This document shows, piece by piece, positions 16,044-23,455 of a DNA stretch of 31,159 bases. Numbering within the stretch: position 1 is the stretch's first letter; the number at the start of each line of letters is the position of its first letter. The DNA is taken from IMG/VR virus record IMGVR_UViG_3300033550_000001; one strand, given 5' to 3'. The translations under genes and the position numbers were made by a program. The notes beneath the pieces are model-generated. The model was not told where the DNA came from, did no database searches, and saw nothing but the letters and a program-made list of their open reading frames with translations. The DNA comes from an uncultured virus (IMG/VR IMGVR_UViG_3300033550_000001). Lineage: Duplodnaviria > Heunggongvirae > Uroviricota > Caudoviricetes.

Positions 16044-16682
16044 TCAGATATGAAGGGGCAGGCCCTTGCCGGCGGTGTGTCCGCCGTGGACATTCCAGAT
16101 CCACGTCCGAGCGTTCAGGTGCTCGAACACGGCTCCGTCGTCCAGCAGACGCACCAGATAATCCTCGTCCTCGCCACGGTAGCGGCGGCCGACCCCTTCT
16201 GTCGTCACTTCCTGACCGGGACGAAAGCCGCCTACGGCACGGACCCGTTCCGTCCGTACCAGATGCGTCATCGGGATGAACGATCCGAGCCGGCGCAGAT
16301 GTGCCTCCTGTTCGGCTCCGAAACGCACGCCCCAGGGGGAGACCCACTGGCCCTGCACGGACACGGCCGTCGGGTCCGCGCCTCCGCGCACCACCGGCGC
16401 CGGGTAGACGAGGTCCGGCCGCTCGCGCGACTGCTCCATCACCCGCATGCACGCCATGAGGTGGTTGGGCTTCAGCTCGTCATCGTCGTCGAGCCAGGCC
16501 ACGACGTCGGCGGTGACGCGCTGAAGCGCCCGGTTCCGGGCCGCGTCGGCCCCGGTGCGCAGGCTGTCGCGTTCCACGACGACCTGGTCCGGCCGGCGGC
16601 GCTGCGCCCGTACGGAGGCCAGCGCGCGTTCCAGCATGGCCTCCCGCCCGGGGATTGTGGGGATGACGACGGCGACTGTCAT
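16044..16682 (-). CDS. glycosyltransferase family 2
   Basis: VAVVIPT, ARNRAL, VAWLDDDD, VGGF, EDEDY. Confidence 0.9.
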   Translation of the reverse strand: MTVAVVIPTIPGREAMLERALASVRAQRRRPDQVVVERDSLRTGADAARNRALQRVTADVVAWLDDDDELKPNHLMACMRVMEQSRERPDLVYPAPVVRGGADPTAVSVQGQWVSPWGVRFGAEQEAHLRRLGSFIPMTHLVRTERVRAVGGFRPGQEVTTEGVGRRYRGEDEDYLVRLLDDGAVFEHLNARTWIWNVHGGHTAGKGLPLHI

Positions 16683-16927
16683 GCGAGGCACGAGGGTGTT
16701 TCCTCTCCGTCTGCCGGTGGGCTCCAGCGCATGGCGTCCCGGACCGGCGGTGCGTAGCGGTGATCGTAGGGGCGCCCCAGTCCGAACAGCGCTCCGAGGT
16801 CTGCCGCAGCCATCGCGGCCACACCGGCCGGCGAGGACGGGTCGAGCCCGACAACCACGGAGCCCGCTTCCTGACCCTCTTGGTCAGGCGCGGGCTCCCG
16901 GCTGCCAGGCGTCCGGTCCGATGGCAT
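16679..16927 (-). CDS. hypothetical protein
   Basis: Fills gap with start/stop overlaps on both sides. Confidence 0.5.
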   Translation of the reverse strand: MPSDRTPGSREPAPDQEGQEAGSVVVGLDPSSPAGVAAMAAADLGALFGLGRPYDHRYAPPVRDAMRWSPPADGEETPSCLA

Positions 16928-17190
16928 CACGCCCCCTTGACGGCCACCCACAGGGTGTCCTTGTCGGCCTGCGAGCCTTCCGGACTGATCTTCTGTGCCT
17001 TCCCGTCCCGGCGCAGCCGGTCCAGGGACAGGTACGTGCGGGACTTATTCAGCCCCATCTCCTCGGCGATGTCGTTGCGGGTCAGGCCGTCCGGGTTGTC
17101 CTGGAGCATGGCCAGGATCGTCTCGTCACGGCGGATGGTCTCGGCGGGCCTCGGGCGTCCTCGCGGGGGACGCTGCGCGGTCATGGTCAT
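16927..17190 (-). CDS. winged-HTH DNA-binding protein with N-terminal RGRPR hook
   Basis: LTRNDIAEEMGLNKSRTYLSLDRLRRDG. Confidence 0.8.
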   Translation of the reverse strand: MTMTAQRPPRGRPRPAETIRRDETILAMLQDNPDGLTRNDIAEEMGLNKSRTYLSLDRLRRDGKAQKISPEGSQADKDTLWVAVKGA

Positions 17191-17253
17191 GGTTCCTTCC
17201 TCGGGTTCTGCACAAGGGCTGATGATTTATCTTAATCGGTATTCCCGGTCCTG

Positions 17254-17541
17254 TCACGCCTCAACCCCCGGCGAAGTCAGCAGACCCGAGGAGCGGACCA
17301 GCGCGCACGCGGCGTCCACGCCCATCGGTTCGGCGCCCTCGGCGAGGTGCGCCGGCCGCTGCCACAGCACCAGCTCCGCCCCGGACGACAACGGCCCGCC
17401 GGGCGAGGTGCCCAGCAGGCCGGCAGTGCCGTTCTTCAGTTCCAGGTGGTCCCGCAGCAGCCGCTCGTACGCCTCCCGCAGGCCGAGGTACGCCCTGCGC
17501 AGATCCCGGGCGGGTATCCGCTGCGCGCCGTGCTTGCCCAT
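17254..17541 (-). CDS. hypothetical protein
   Basis: 95 aa; GAGGGG RBS. Confidence 0.6.
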   Translation of the reverse strand: MGKHGAQRIPARDLRRAYLGLREAYERLLRDHLELKNGTAGLLGTSPGGPLSSGAELVLWQRPAHLAEGAEPMGVDAACALVRSSGLLTSPGVEA

Positions 17542-17613
17542 ACCGTCTGTCCCCTCGTTCGGCTCCGGTGCGGCCGGGGACGGTATCAGCGGCCGGCGCC
17601 GGCGCCGAACGGC

Positions 17614-18084
17614 TTACTTCACCGCGCGCTGCGTCCACGCCTCGCGCATCCCGGGGTCGAACGACGCGGCCTGGCTCGCGGCCCTGGAGGCGGGCATGGT
17701 CAGGAACGCGTCGCGGCCCCGGCGGGTGGTCAGCTTCTCCAGCACCTCGTCACCGGTGACAAGACCCTCCCACTCGGTGAAGTTCTTCTCCCCCGGGGCG
17801 ACCGAGACGCCGCTCTTGACGACGAGGTACGGCAGTGGCGCGGGGTTGTCCACCTCGCTGTCGACGGCGAAGATGCGGATCTCCGTCCACCGGCAGGTGG
17901 AGCAGTGGGTGCGCGGCGGGGCGAACGTCGCGTCCGGGTGGTTCTGGTGCCGGGGCCGGAAACTGGAGCCAAGCCCCAGCAGCTCCCCGGTGATCGTGAT
18001 CGACTGGCCGTGCTGGTCCTGGATCGTCCACGTCCCCGCCTTGCCGACGGACTCCAGTCCGGGCAGGGGTGTAGGGCTTGGCAT
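17614..18084 (-). CDS. hypothetical protein
   Basis: 156 aa; GAGGAG RBS; H..H..CSTCRWTE. Confidence 0.75.
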   Translation of the reverse strand: MPSPTPLPGLESVGKAGTWTIQDQHGQSITITGELLGLGSSFRPRHQNHPDATFAPPRTHCSTCRWTEIRIFAVDSEVDNPAPLPYLVVKSGVSVAPGEKNFTEWEGLVTGDEVLEKLTTRRGRDAFLTMPASRAASQAASFDPGMREAWTQRAVK

Positions 18085-18250
18085 GGTCTCGTCTCCTCAG
18101 TCCGTGGTCCTGCCCCGAGCGTACCCGCCGGACCGCTTGGTCCACCTCGCGGGATCGCGCCGTCCCGTCGCAGGTCCGGCGGGGCGTGGCGGCCCAGCGT
18201 ATCGGGTATGTCTGATTTAACGAAATGACTCAGGGGCGGAGGACCAAGGA

Positions 18251-18838
18251 ATGCGGATCATGGGGTGGGACCTGTCGATTACGTGCACGGGGGTGGCCAT
18301 GCCGGACGGCTCCACCGCTGTCGTCAAGCCGCGCGGCAAAGGCTATGACCGGCTGCTCGGTATCGAGGAACGACTGTGCGCGGCGGTGCGTGTGGCCCGG
18401 CCCGACCTCGCCGTCATCGAGGACATCCGCGCGGGCCTGAAAGGCGACGCCGCCAAGGTCGTCCCGATGGTGCACGCGGTCGCCATACTCGCACTCGGCC
18501 GGGCCGGGGTGCCGTACGTCCTCGTCAACGCCTCCACGCTCAAGCTGTATGCCACCGGCTACGGCGCGGCCGACAAGGACTCCATGGCGCTGGCCGCGCT
18601 CACCTACGGCGGCCGGACGTTCCCCGGCGACACGGGCGGAGACATGTGCGACGCCTGGTGGCTGCGCGCGGCCGGGTACGCGGCCTACGGCCGGCCGGTG
18701 GTGCGGGTGCCGCAGCCCCACGTGGACGCCTTGCGCGCGGTGGAGTGGCCGCGCGTCGGTGAGATCAGCCCGCTCATGGAGCTGCGGAGGAAGCGCGCCA
18801 CGGCCCGCCCGGGGCGCCGGCGGAAGGCGGCCGTCTGA
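18251..18838 (+). CDS. ruvC: RuvC-like Holliday junction resolvase
   Basis: IMGWDLSITCTGVA, AVIED, LKLYATGYGAADK, DMCDA. Confidence 0.85.
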   Translation: MRIMGWDLSITCTGVAMPDGSTAVVKPRGKGYDRLLGIEERLCAAVRVARPDLAVIEDIRAGLKGDAAKVVPMVHAVAILALGRAGVPYVLVNASTLKLYATGYGAADKDSMALAALTYGGRTFPGDTGGDMCDAWWLRAAGYAAYGRPVVRVPQPHVDALRAVEWPRVGEISPLMELRRKRATARPGRRRKAAV

Positions 18839-18871
18839 CATGATGCGGTCGCGGCCCTCGGCCGTAAACAG

Positions 18872-18908
18872 GGGAAAACCCCGGGCGCGCTCTGCCCGGG
18901 GTTTTCCT
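18872..18908. terminator. bidirectional terminator between convergent ruvC and ssb-like genes
   Basis: GGAAAACCCCGGGC-loop-GCCCGGGGTTTTCC. Confidence 0.75.
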
Positions 18909-18927
18909 CGTGGTGCGGTGGTTCGGG

Positions 18928-19533
18928 TCAGCCGCCGAACGGGTCCGCCGGCTCGTCGCCCCCGCCGCTGACGGCGGTGGCGGAGTGCACCGGCACGTCC
19001 CGCTCCGCGTGGGGGTTCTGCGCGGCCGGGGTGTACCGGGCGCTGAACGACTGGCTGGCGAACTTGGCGCCGGGCGCCTTGACGCTCTTGCCCCGGGCCA
19101 TCTCCAGGTACCCACCGACCTCGGGGAGCTGCATGCCCGCCTTCTTCAGCGCGTCGGCGAGCGCCTTGATCTTGGTGTTGGAGACGTAGAGGGTGCGCTT
19201 GCCGTCATCCTCGGGCAGCGCCACCTCCTCGTAGTCCTTGCCCTCCCAGGTGACGCCGGTGGCCTCGCACTGCATTTCGATGACCATCATCTCGACGGGC
19301 CGGGCCGACTCCACCGGGATGGTGAGCTGGGACTGGATGGTGGGCCGCTTGCCCTGCCAGAACAGCAGCTCGCGGGTCTCGTTGTCGGTCTGCTGCGCCA
19401 TCCGCCAGTCCAGGATGGTGCCGGCGACGACGTGGCCGACCTTCGGGAACTTGGCTCCGATCTTCTTGTCGCCCGAGAGGAACCGGGCGGCCTTCACGGC
19501 GTCCGCGCTGAACGGGTCCGTCGAGGTGGTCAT
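18928..19533 (-). CDS. putative single-stranded DNA-binding protein (phage type)
   Basis: AKFPKVGHVVAGTI...QQTD; beta-rich core; acidic DEPADPFGG tail; downstream of exonuclease. Confidence 0.55.
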   Translation of the reverse strand: MTTSTDPFSADAVKAARFLSGDKKIGAKFPKVGHVVAGTILDWRMAQQTDNETRELLFWQGKRPTIQSQLTIPVESARPVEMMVIEMQCEATGVTWEGKDYEEVALPEDDGKRTLYVSNTKIKALADALKKAGMQLPEVGGYLEMARGKSVKAPGAKFASQSFSARYTPAAQNPHAERDVPVHSATAVSGGGDEPADPFGG

Positions 19534-19623
19534 GTGTTTCTCCTGTGTCTGTGGGCCTGTTGGTCCCTGGGTTTCCTCGTCCCGCCGTCGGCGGGGGAGG
19601 GGAGCCGGTGGTGCGTGGCTCCG

Positions 19624-19717
19624 GTGCGCGGCCGGGTCTCGAACCCGAATCTCCAGGGACTTACCGGCACGGGGTGACCGGGGTCCTTGGGGCTCTAGCC
19701 AGTTGAGCTACCGCGCT
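19624..19717 (-). ncRNA. tRNA-like RNA with expanded anticodon arm (no readable anticodon)
   Basis: GCGCGG-TA-GCTC AACTGGCTA GAGC ... AGAT TCGGG TTCGAGA CCCGG CCGCGC: canonical acceptor, D and T arms. Confidence 0.75.
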
Positions 19718-19939
19718 GCCAGCGTTTTACGGCCGCCGCCAGACCACCCACCGACCGCCGGTGTGAGCGTTTCGCCCTCGGGCTACTTGCTGCACGACGG
19801 TGCGGCTTAGGTCTCTCAGGGCCCCGAGGCCGGGGGATGTGGCCCCGGGGCGGTCTCTGTGGAGTTGATCCGGGAGGGTCTGTGACGATTGGTGAACTAC
19901 GTCTGACGCGCCCGGAGTTGGTGTGCTCCGTATGCTTTT

Positions 19940-19972
19940 ATGATACCCCGTCGGAGGATTTAGTTAAACCCT
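19940..19972 (-). promoter_or_regulatory. promoter TTTAAC-17-TATCAT with operator over the -35 (19955-19972)
   Basis: AGGATTTAGTTAAACCCT. Confidence 0.65.
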
Positions 19973-19974
19973 CT

Positions 19975-22863
19975 TCACCCACCGGGTTCCGCGAGTTCCC
20001 GGAGCCTCGTCTGCATGACGTCGACCAGCGCGTCCACCTCCGCCTTGGACAGGCCGGCCTTCGTCGCCTCCTGCCAGACGGCCGACGCCTCACCCTTGGA
20101 CGTGACCGCCTTGGCCCGCTCGCGCAGGGTCGGCGGCCGGACCGTCGTCCGGGACGTCACGCCGGTGTCCGGGTCGTAGTCCCCGGCCACCGGAGCCGAC
20201 TTCACCGTTTGCGCGGCCGGCCGCGACGGGGCGAACGTGCCCGCCTCGGAGACCATGACCGGGGAGGCGAGGTTGCGCAGCTTGCGCCACTCCCGCACCC
20301 GCTCACACAGCACGGCCGCGTTCCAGCCCGACTCCAGGTCGATGCCGTAGACGGCCGGCTGCTTCGTCCCCGACTTGTCCACCGGCAGGTGGATGACGAT
20401 GCCCGCGTCCAGCCGGACCTTCGTGCCCGGCTTGTCGAACCGGCTCAGCGGGTCCGGCTCCCACGTCTCCTCGTGCCGGTCCCACACCCCGGCCGTGTTG
20501 ATGCCCTGCGCGTACGTCCCGAGCTGGATGGCGATCTCCTGCCACCCGTAGTCGAGATCCCGGCCGGTCTTCTTGTCGCCGATCACGTACTCCCCGGGGG
20601 ACAGACGCACCTCCGCCCGGCCGATCCCCAGCACCAGCGGCTTGGTGACCTTGTAGCAGTTGTCCGAGGTCCCGGCGACGCCGTACTGCTTGACGACCGT
20701 GGTGAACTCGATGAGGTGCGGCACGGGCTCCAGGCCCGTCTCCTCCAGCAGCCGGATGTACGTCTCCACGTCGTCCCGGCAGTCCGGCGGCACCTGCTCC
20801 AGGATGCTGCGCGGCCCGCCCGGCGAGTGCCACGCCCGGTCAGCCATCTCCGTGAACGAGTGCATGGACGTGCCGAGGTTGGCGGCGACCTTGTCACCGG
20901 CGGCCGTCTTCAGCTCCGCCGTCAGCTCGTCCAGCAGTTTCTTGTCCGCGCGCACGTGCTTGCCGTGGGCGCGCTGCACGATGTCCGGCCGCATCGTCGC
21001 CCCGAGCAGCGCCATACGCAGACCCCACTGGGACAGGGCGTACGTGTCGCTGATGGACTTGGCGAACGTCGTCGCCCTCGTCCACGCCTGCTCCCGGCCG
21101 GTGTCCGGGTGCGGGATGAGGTACCGGCCGTACCGGTCGCGCTTGGTCTCCTTCTCCCCGTGCGTCCCGGACCCGCCGGCGAGGAACTGCGCCGCCGACG
21201 CGTTCCGGTCCTGCGCGGGAGCCGGGGCCGGGGCCGGCCGGCCGCCGAGGAACCGCGCCGCCGCGTCCGCCTGGTCAGTCGTCACCGCAGCACTCCTGCC
21301 CCTGCCAGCCGTCGTCGCCGTCGGCGCGGATGATGTCACCGATCCGGATTGCGGCGAAACAGCCGGAACACTCGCCCTCGTAGGCGGCGGGGAACCAGGG
21401 GCCGGGGCCGTCGTCGGGCTGGTCGTTGTCGGCGTCGATGCCGCCGAGGAAGCGGGCCGCTGCTGCGGCGTCCTGTCGTCCGTGCATTCCGTGGTCTCCT
21501 GTTCCGTGGTCCGGGGAGCGGGGGCCCGCTCCACCGTCTCGCCGAGGTTGGTCAGATTGCCGGTGCGGCCGTCGTGCGGGCCGCCGATGACGATGGCGTG
21601 GATGACGCCGTTGGTCTCGCCGGTGACGCGCATGAGCGAACCGCGCCGGGTGAAGTGGTCGCCGGTTTCCAGAAGGCCGAGGAGCACCGGGCCGGTAGCT
21701 GCTCGGACGGCCGCCACATCGCGGCGCACCTGGCCCATCACGTCCCGAGGGTCCAGGTCGGGGCTGGTCGCCTCGTCGTTCCCGGAGTCCACGGCGCCGC
21801 AAAGCCTGCACCGGAAAACCAGTTCTTCCCCGTCGTCCTCCGCCGGGTCGTTTTCGGTGAACCCGTCCGGGTGCGTGCACGGCGTACCGCAGGCGACGCA
21901 CACCAGCCGGTCGTCCTCCACGCCGAACACCCCGTCGGCGTGGTCGCACGGACGGCCGTCCTCGGTCTCGCCCTGCGGCAGCCGGCTCTCAGGCGGGGTG
22001 AACCAGCCCACGGCGTCGCAGTGCTCGCAGGCGGGGACCTCCCGGCCGTCCACGCTGAGCGTGTCTCGGAATCCGTCCGGGTGTGTGCACGCCGCCTGCC
22101 GCGCGGCCTTCTCCGCGTCCACCCGCGCGGTGCACTCCGCACAGGCGACGACGCCGTGGGGCACGTTGGTGCCGCAGCCGGGGCACCGGTGGTCGTCGGT
22201 GTTGCACTTACCGCACGCCGGGTCGAACCCCTCCGGGCTCGGGCGGCCCTCGGTGAGCAAGGCGGACACCCTTGCCCTGAGCAGAGGGCCACCCGTGGGC
22301 GCGCCCATGAACCGCTCGGCTTCGGTCCGGGTGCCGTCGTCCATCGCGTCCAGGACGGTTCCGACGCCGGACGTCTCCCGGGTCAGGGCCTCCGCCAGCG
22401 GCGAGCCGTTGAACTGGTCGGCCATCGTCGGGATCGGCACACCGGCGCAGATGTAGCACTGGCCAACCGGGACGTGCCCGCAGTCGACAGCCAGCGACGC
22501 GACGAGACCGTCCGTCGTGCCGACGATGTCCGGGTACGTGCCGAGCGGGAAGTCACTCCCGGCGGGGCACGGCCGGGGCGTCGCTTCCGGGGTGAGATGG
22601 CTGCGCACCCGGCCGTTGTCGGTGAGCTGCACCGGGTGCCTGCACAGGCGGCACTGTGGGCTGTCGGCGGTCATGTCCTCGGCGAGCGCGACACCGGCCG
22701 GCGTGGCGGGCTTCTCCCCGGCGCCCTTGCACTTGCGGCTGTCCGGGTTGGCCTGCCAGTCGGGGTTGTTGGCGGTGTGGTGGCGGACCGTGCCGTCCGC
22801 GTTGACGCTGCACTCCTTGCCGCACACGGCGCACGGTGCGCGCTCAGGGGTCGACTGAGTCAT
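19975..22863 (-). CDS. multi-Zn-finger protein in frame with a C-terminal PD-(D/E)XK (Cas4/RecE-like) exonuclease; exonuclease may also start internally at 21285
   Basis: Many CxxC and CxHxDG repeats; RDRYGRY, TRATT, GTSMH, AGTSD, IGDKKTG, QLGTYA. Confidence 0.8.
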   Translation of the reverse strand: MTQSTPERAPCAVCGKECSVNADGTVRHHTANNPDWQANPDSRKCKGAGEKPATPAGVALAEDMTADSPQCRLCRHPVQLTDNGRVRSHLTPEATPRPCPAGSDFPLGTYPDIVGTTDGLVASLAVDCGHVPVGQCYICAGVPIPTMADQFNGSPLAEALTRETSGVGTVLDAMDDGTRTEAERFMGAPTGGPLLRARVSALLTEGRPSPEGFDPACGKCNTDDHRCPGCGTNVPHGVVACAECTARVDAEKAARQAACTHPDGFRDTLSVDGREVPACEHCDAVGWFTPPESRLPQGETEDGRPCDHADGVFGVEDDRLVCVACGTPCTHPDGFTENDPAEDDGEELVFRCRLCGAVDSGNDEATSPDLDPRDVMGQVRRDVAAVRAATGPVLLGLLETGDHFTRRGSLMRVTGETNGVIHAIVIGGPHDGRTGNLTNLGETVERAPAPRTTEQETTECTDDRTPQQRPASSAASTPTTTSPTTAPAPGSPPPTRASVPAVSPQSGSVTSSAPTATTAGRGRSAAVTTDQADAAARFLGGRPAPAPAPAQDRNASAAQFLAGGSGTHGEKETKRDRYGRYLIPHPDTGREQAWTRATTFAKSISDTYALSQWGLRMALLGATMRPDIVQRAHGKHVRADKKLLDELTAELKTAAGDKVAANLGTSMHSFTEMADRAWHSPGGPRSILEQVPPDCRDDVETYIRLLEETGLEPVPHLIEFTTVVKQYGVAGTSDNCYKVTKPLVLGIGRAEVRLSPGEYVIGDKKTGRDLDYGWQEIAIQLGTYAQGINTAGVWDRHEETWEPDPLSRFDKPGTKVRLDAGIVIHLPVDKSGTKQPAVYGIDLESGWNAAVLCERVREWRKLRNLASPVMVSEAGTFAPSRPAAQTVKSAPVAGDYDPDTGVTSRTTVRPPTLRERAKAVTSKGEASAVWQEATKAGLSKAEVDALVDVMQTRLRELAEPGG
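21275..21487 (-). CDS. nested out-of-frame Zn-ribbon-like protein (70 aa)
   Basis: GGAG RBS; GC-rich third positions; WFPAAYEGECSGCFAAIRIGDIIRADGDDGWQGQECC. Confidence 0.6.
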   Translation of the reverse strand: MHGRQDAAAAARFLGGIDADNDQPDDGPGPWFPAAYEGECSGCFAAIRIGDIIRADGDDGWQGQECCGDD

Positions 22864-22939
22864 GGGCGTACCTTCCTGGTTCCTTGGTCAATGGCCTAAC
22901 GGCCAGGTGGGGAGGGCCGCCGCAGCCCTCCCGGGTGGG

Positions 22940-23422
22940 TCAGCGGCCGATGCGCGGGCCACCGTGCTGCACCAGACGGATCACGGCGTTGGTGTAGGCG
23001 TCGTTCCGGGCGAGGTTGCCCAGCAGCTTGTACGCCCCGGCGTCCAGCGCGTTCAGGTCGACGGCGGGCAGGTACGCCGCCGCGTGGGCGATGCGCCGCC
23101 GTTCGTTCTCGACGGCCAGCTCCTCCGCGCCGCAGTCGCAGAACGACCCGCTGTGCCCAGACATCCCGTCGTCCGCGTACTCGAAGCGGTGGATGTGCGG
23201 CTGTTCGTCGGGCTCGGTGAACGGGTTCTTCGGCTCCTGCGCCTGCTTCCCGTCGGCCTCCTGACACTCTCGCAGGTAGACGTGCTCGAACGCCTCCGCC
23301 GTCCGCCGGACGGCCACCAACGCGTCGTCGTCGGCCTCGGTCCAGCCAGCCGCCAGATGCAGCGTCTTCATGGCGAAAGCGATCTCCTCGCGGACGACCG
23401 CCCGTAGCCTCGTCTCGTCCAT
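22940..23422 (-). CDS. hypothetical protein
   Basis: 160 aa; HIHRF...FCDCG; operator copy at 23442-23459 upstream. Confidence 0.7.
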   Translation of the reverse strand: MDETRLRAVVREEIAFAMKTLHLAAGWTEADDDALVAVRRTAEAFEHVYLRECQEADGKQAQEPKNPFTEPDEQPHIHRFEYADDGMSGHSGSFCDCGAEELAVENERRRIAHAAAYLPAVDLNALDAGAYKLLGNLARNDAYTNAVIRLVQHGGPRIGR

Positions 23423-23455
23423 TCCGTAGTCCCCGTTCCTGTAGATTTAGCTAAA

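Noticed and set aside
18251..18838. RuvC-fold protein as TnpB/Cas12-like nuclease
   Set aside because: Only 195 aa with a contiguous resolvase-type motif layout; no Zn ribbon or transposon ends
19624..19717. Functional decoding tRNA or attachment site
   Set aside because: No 7-nt anticodon loop, no encoded CCA, and no integrase or duplicated 3' end in the window
19718..19810. Hammerhead ribozyme (GCCC-GA-GGGC-GAAAC)
   Set aside because: The CUGANGA core is absent; the segment fits a loop-E-like motif better
19975..21285. Cas4-like nuclease as evidence of CRISPR-Cas
   Set aside because: Stand-alone PD-(D/E)XK exonucleases are common phage recombination genes; context is SSB and helicase
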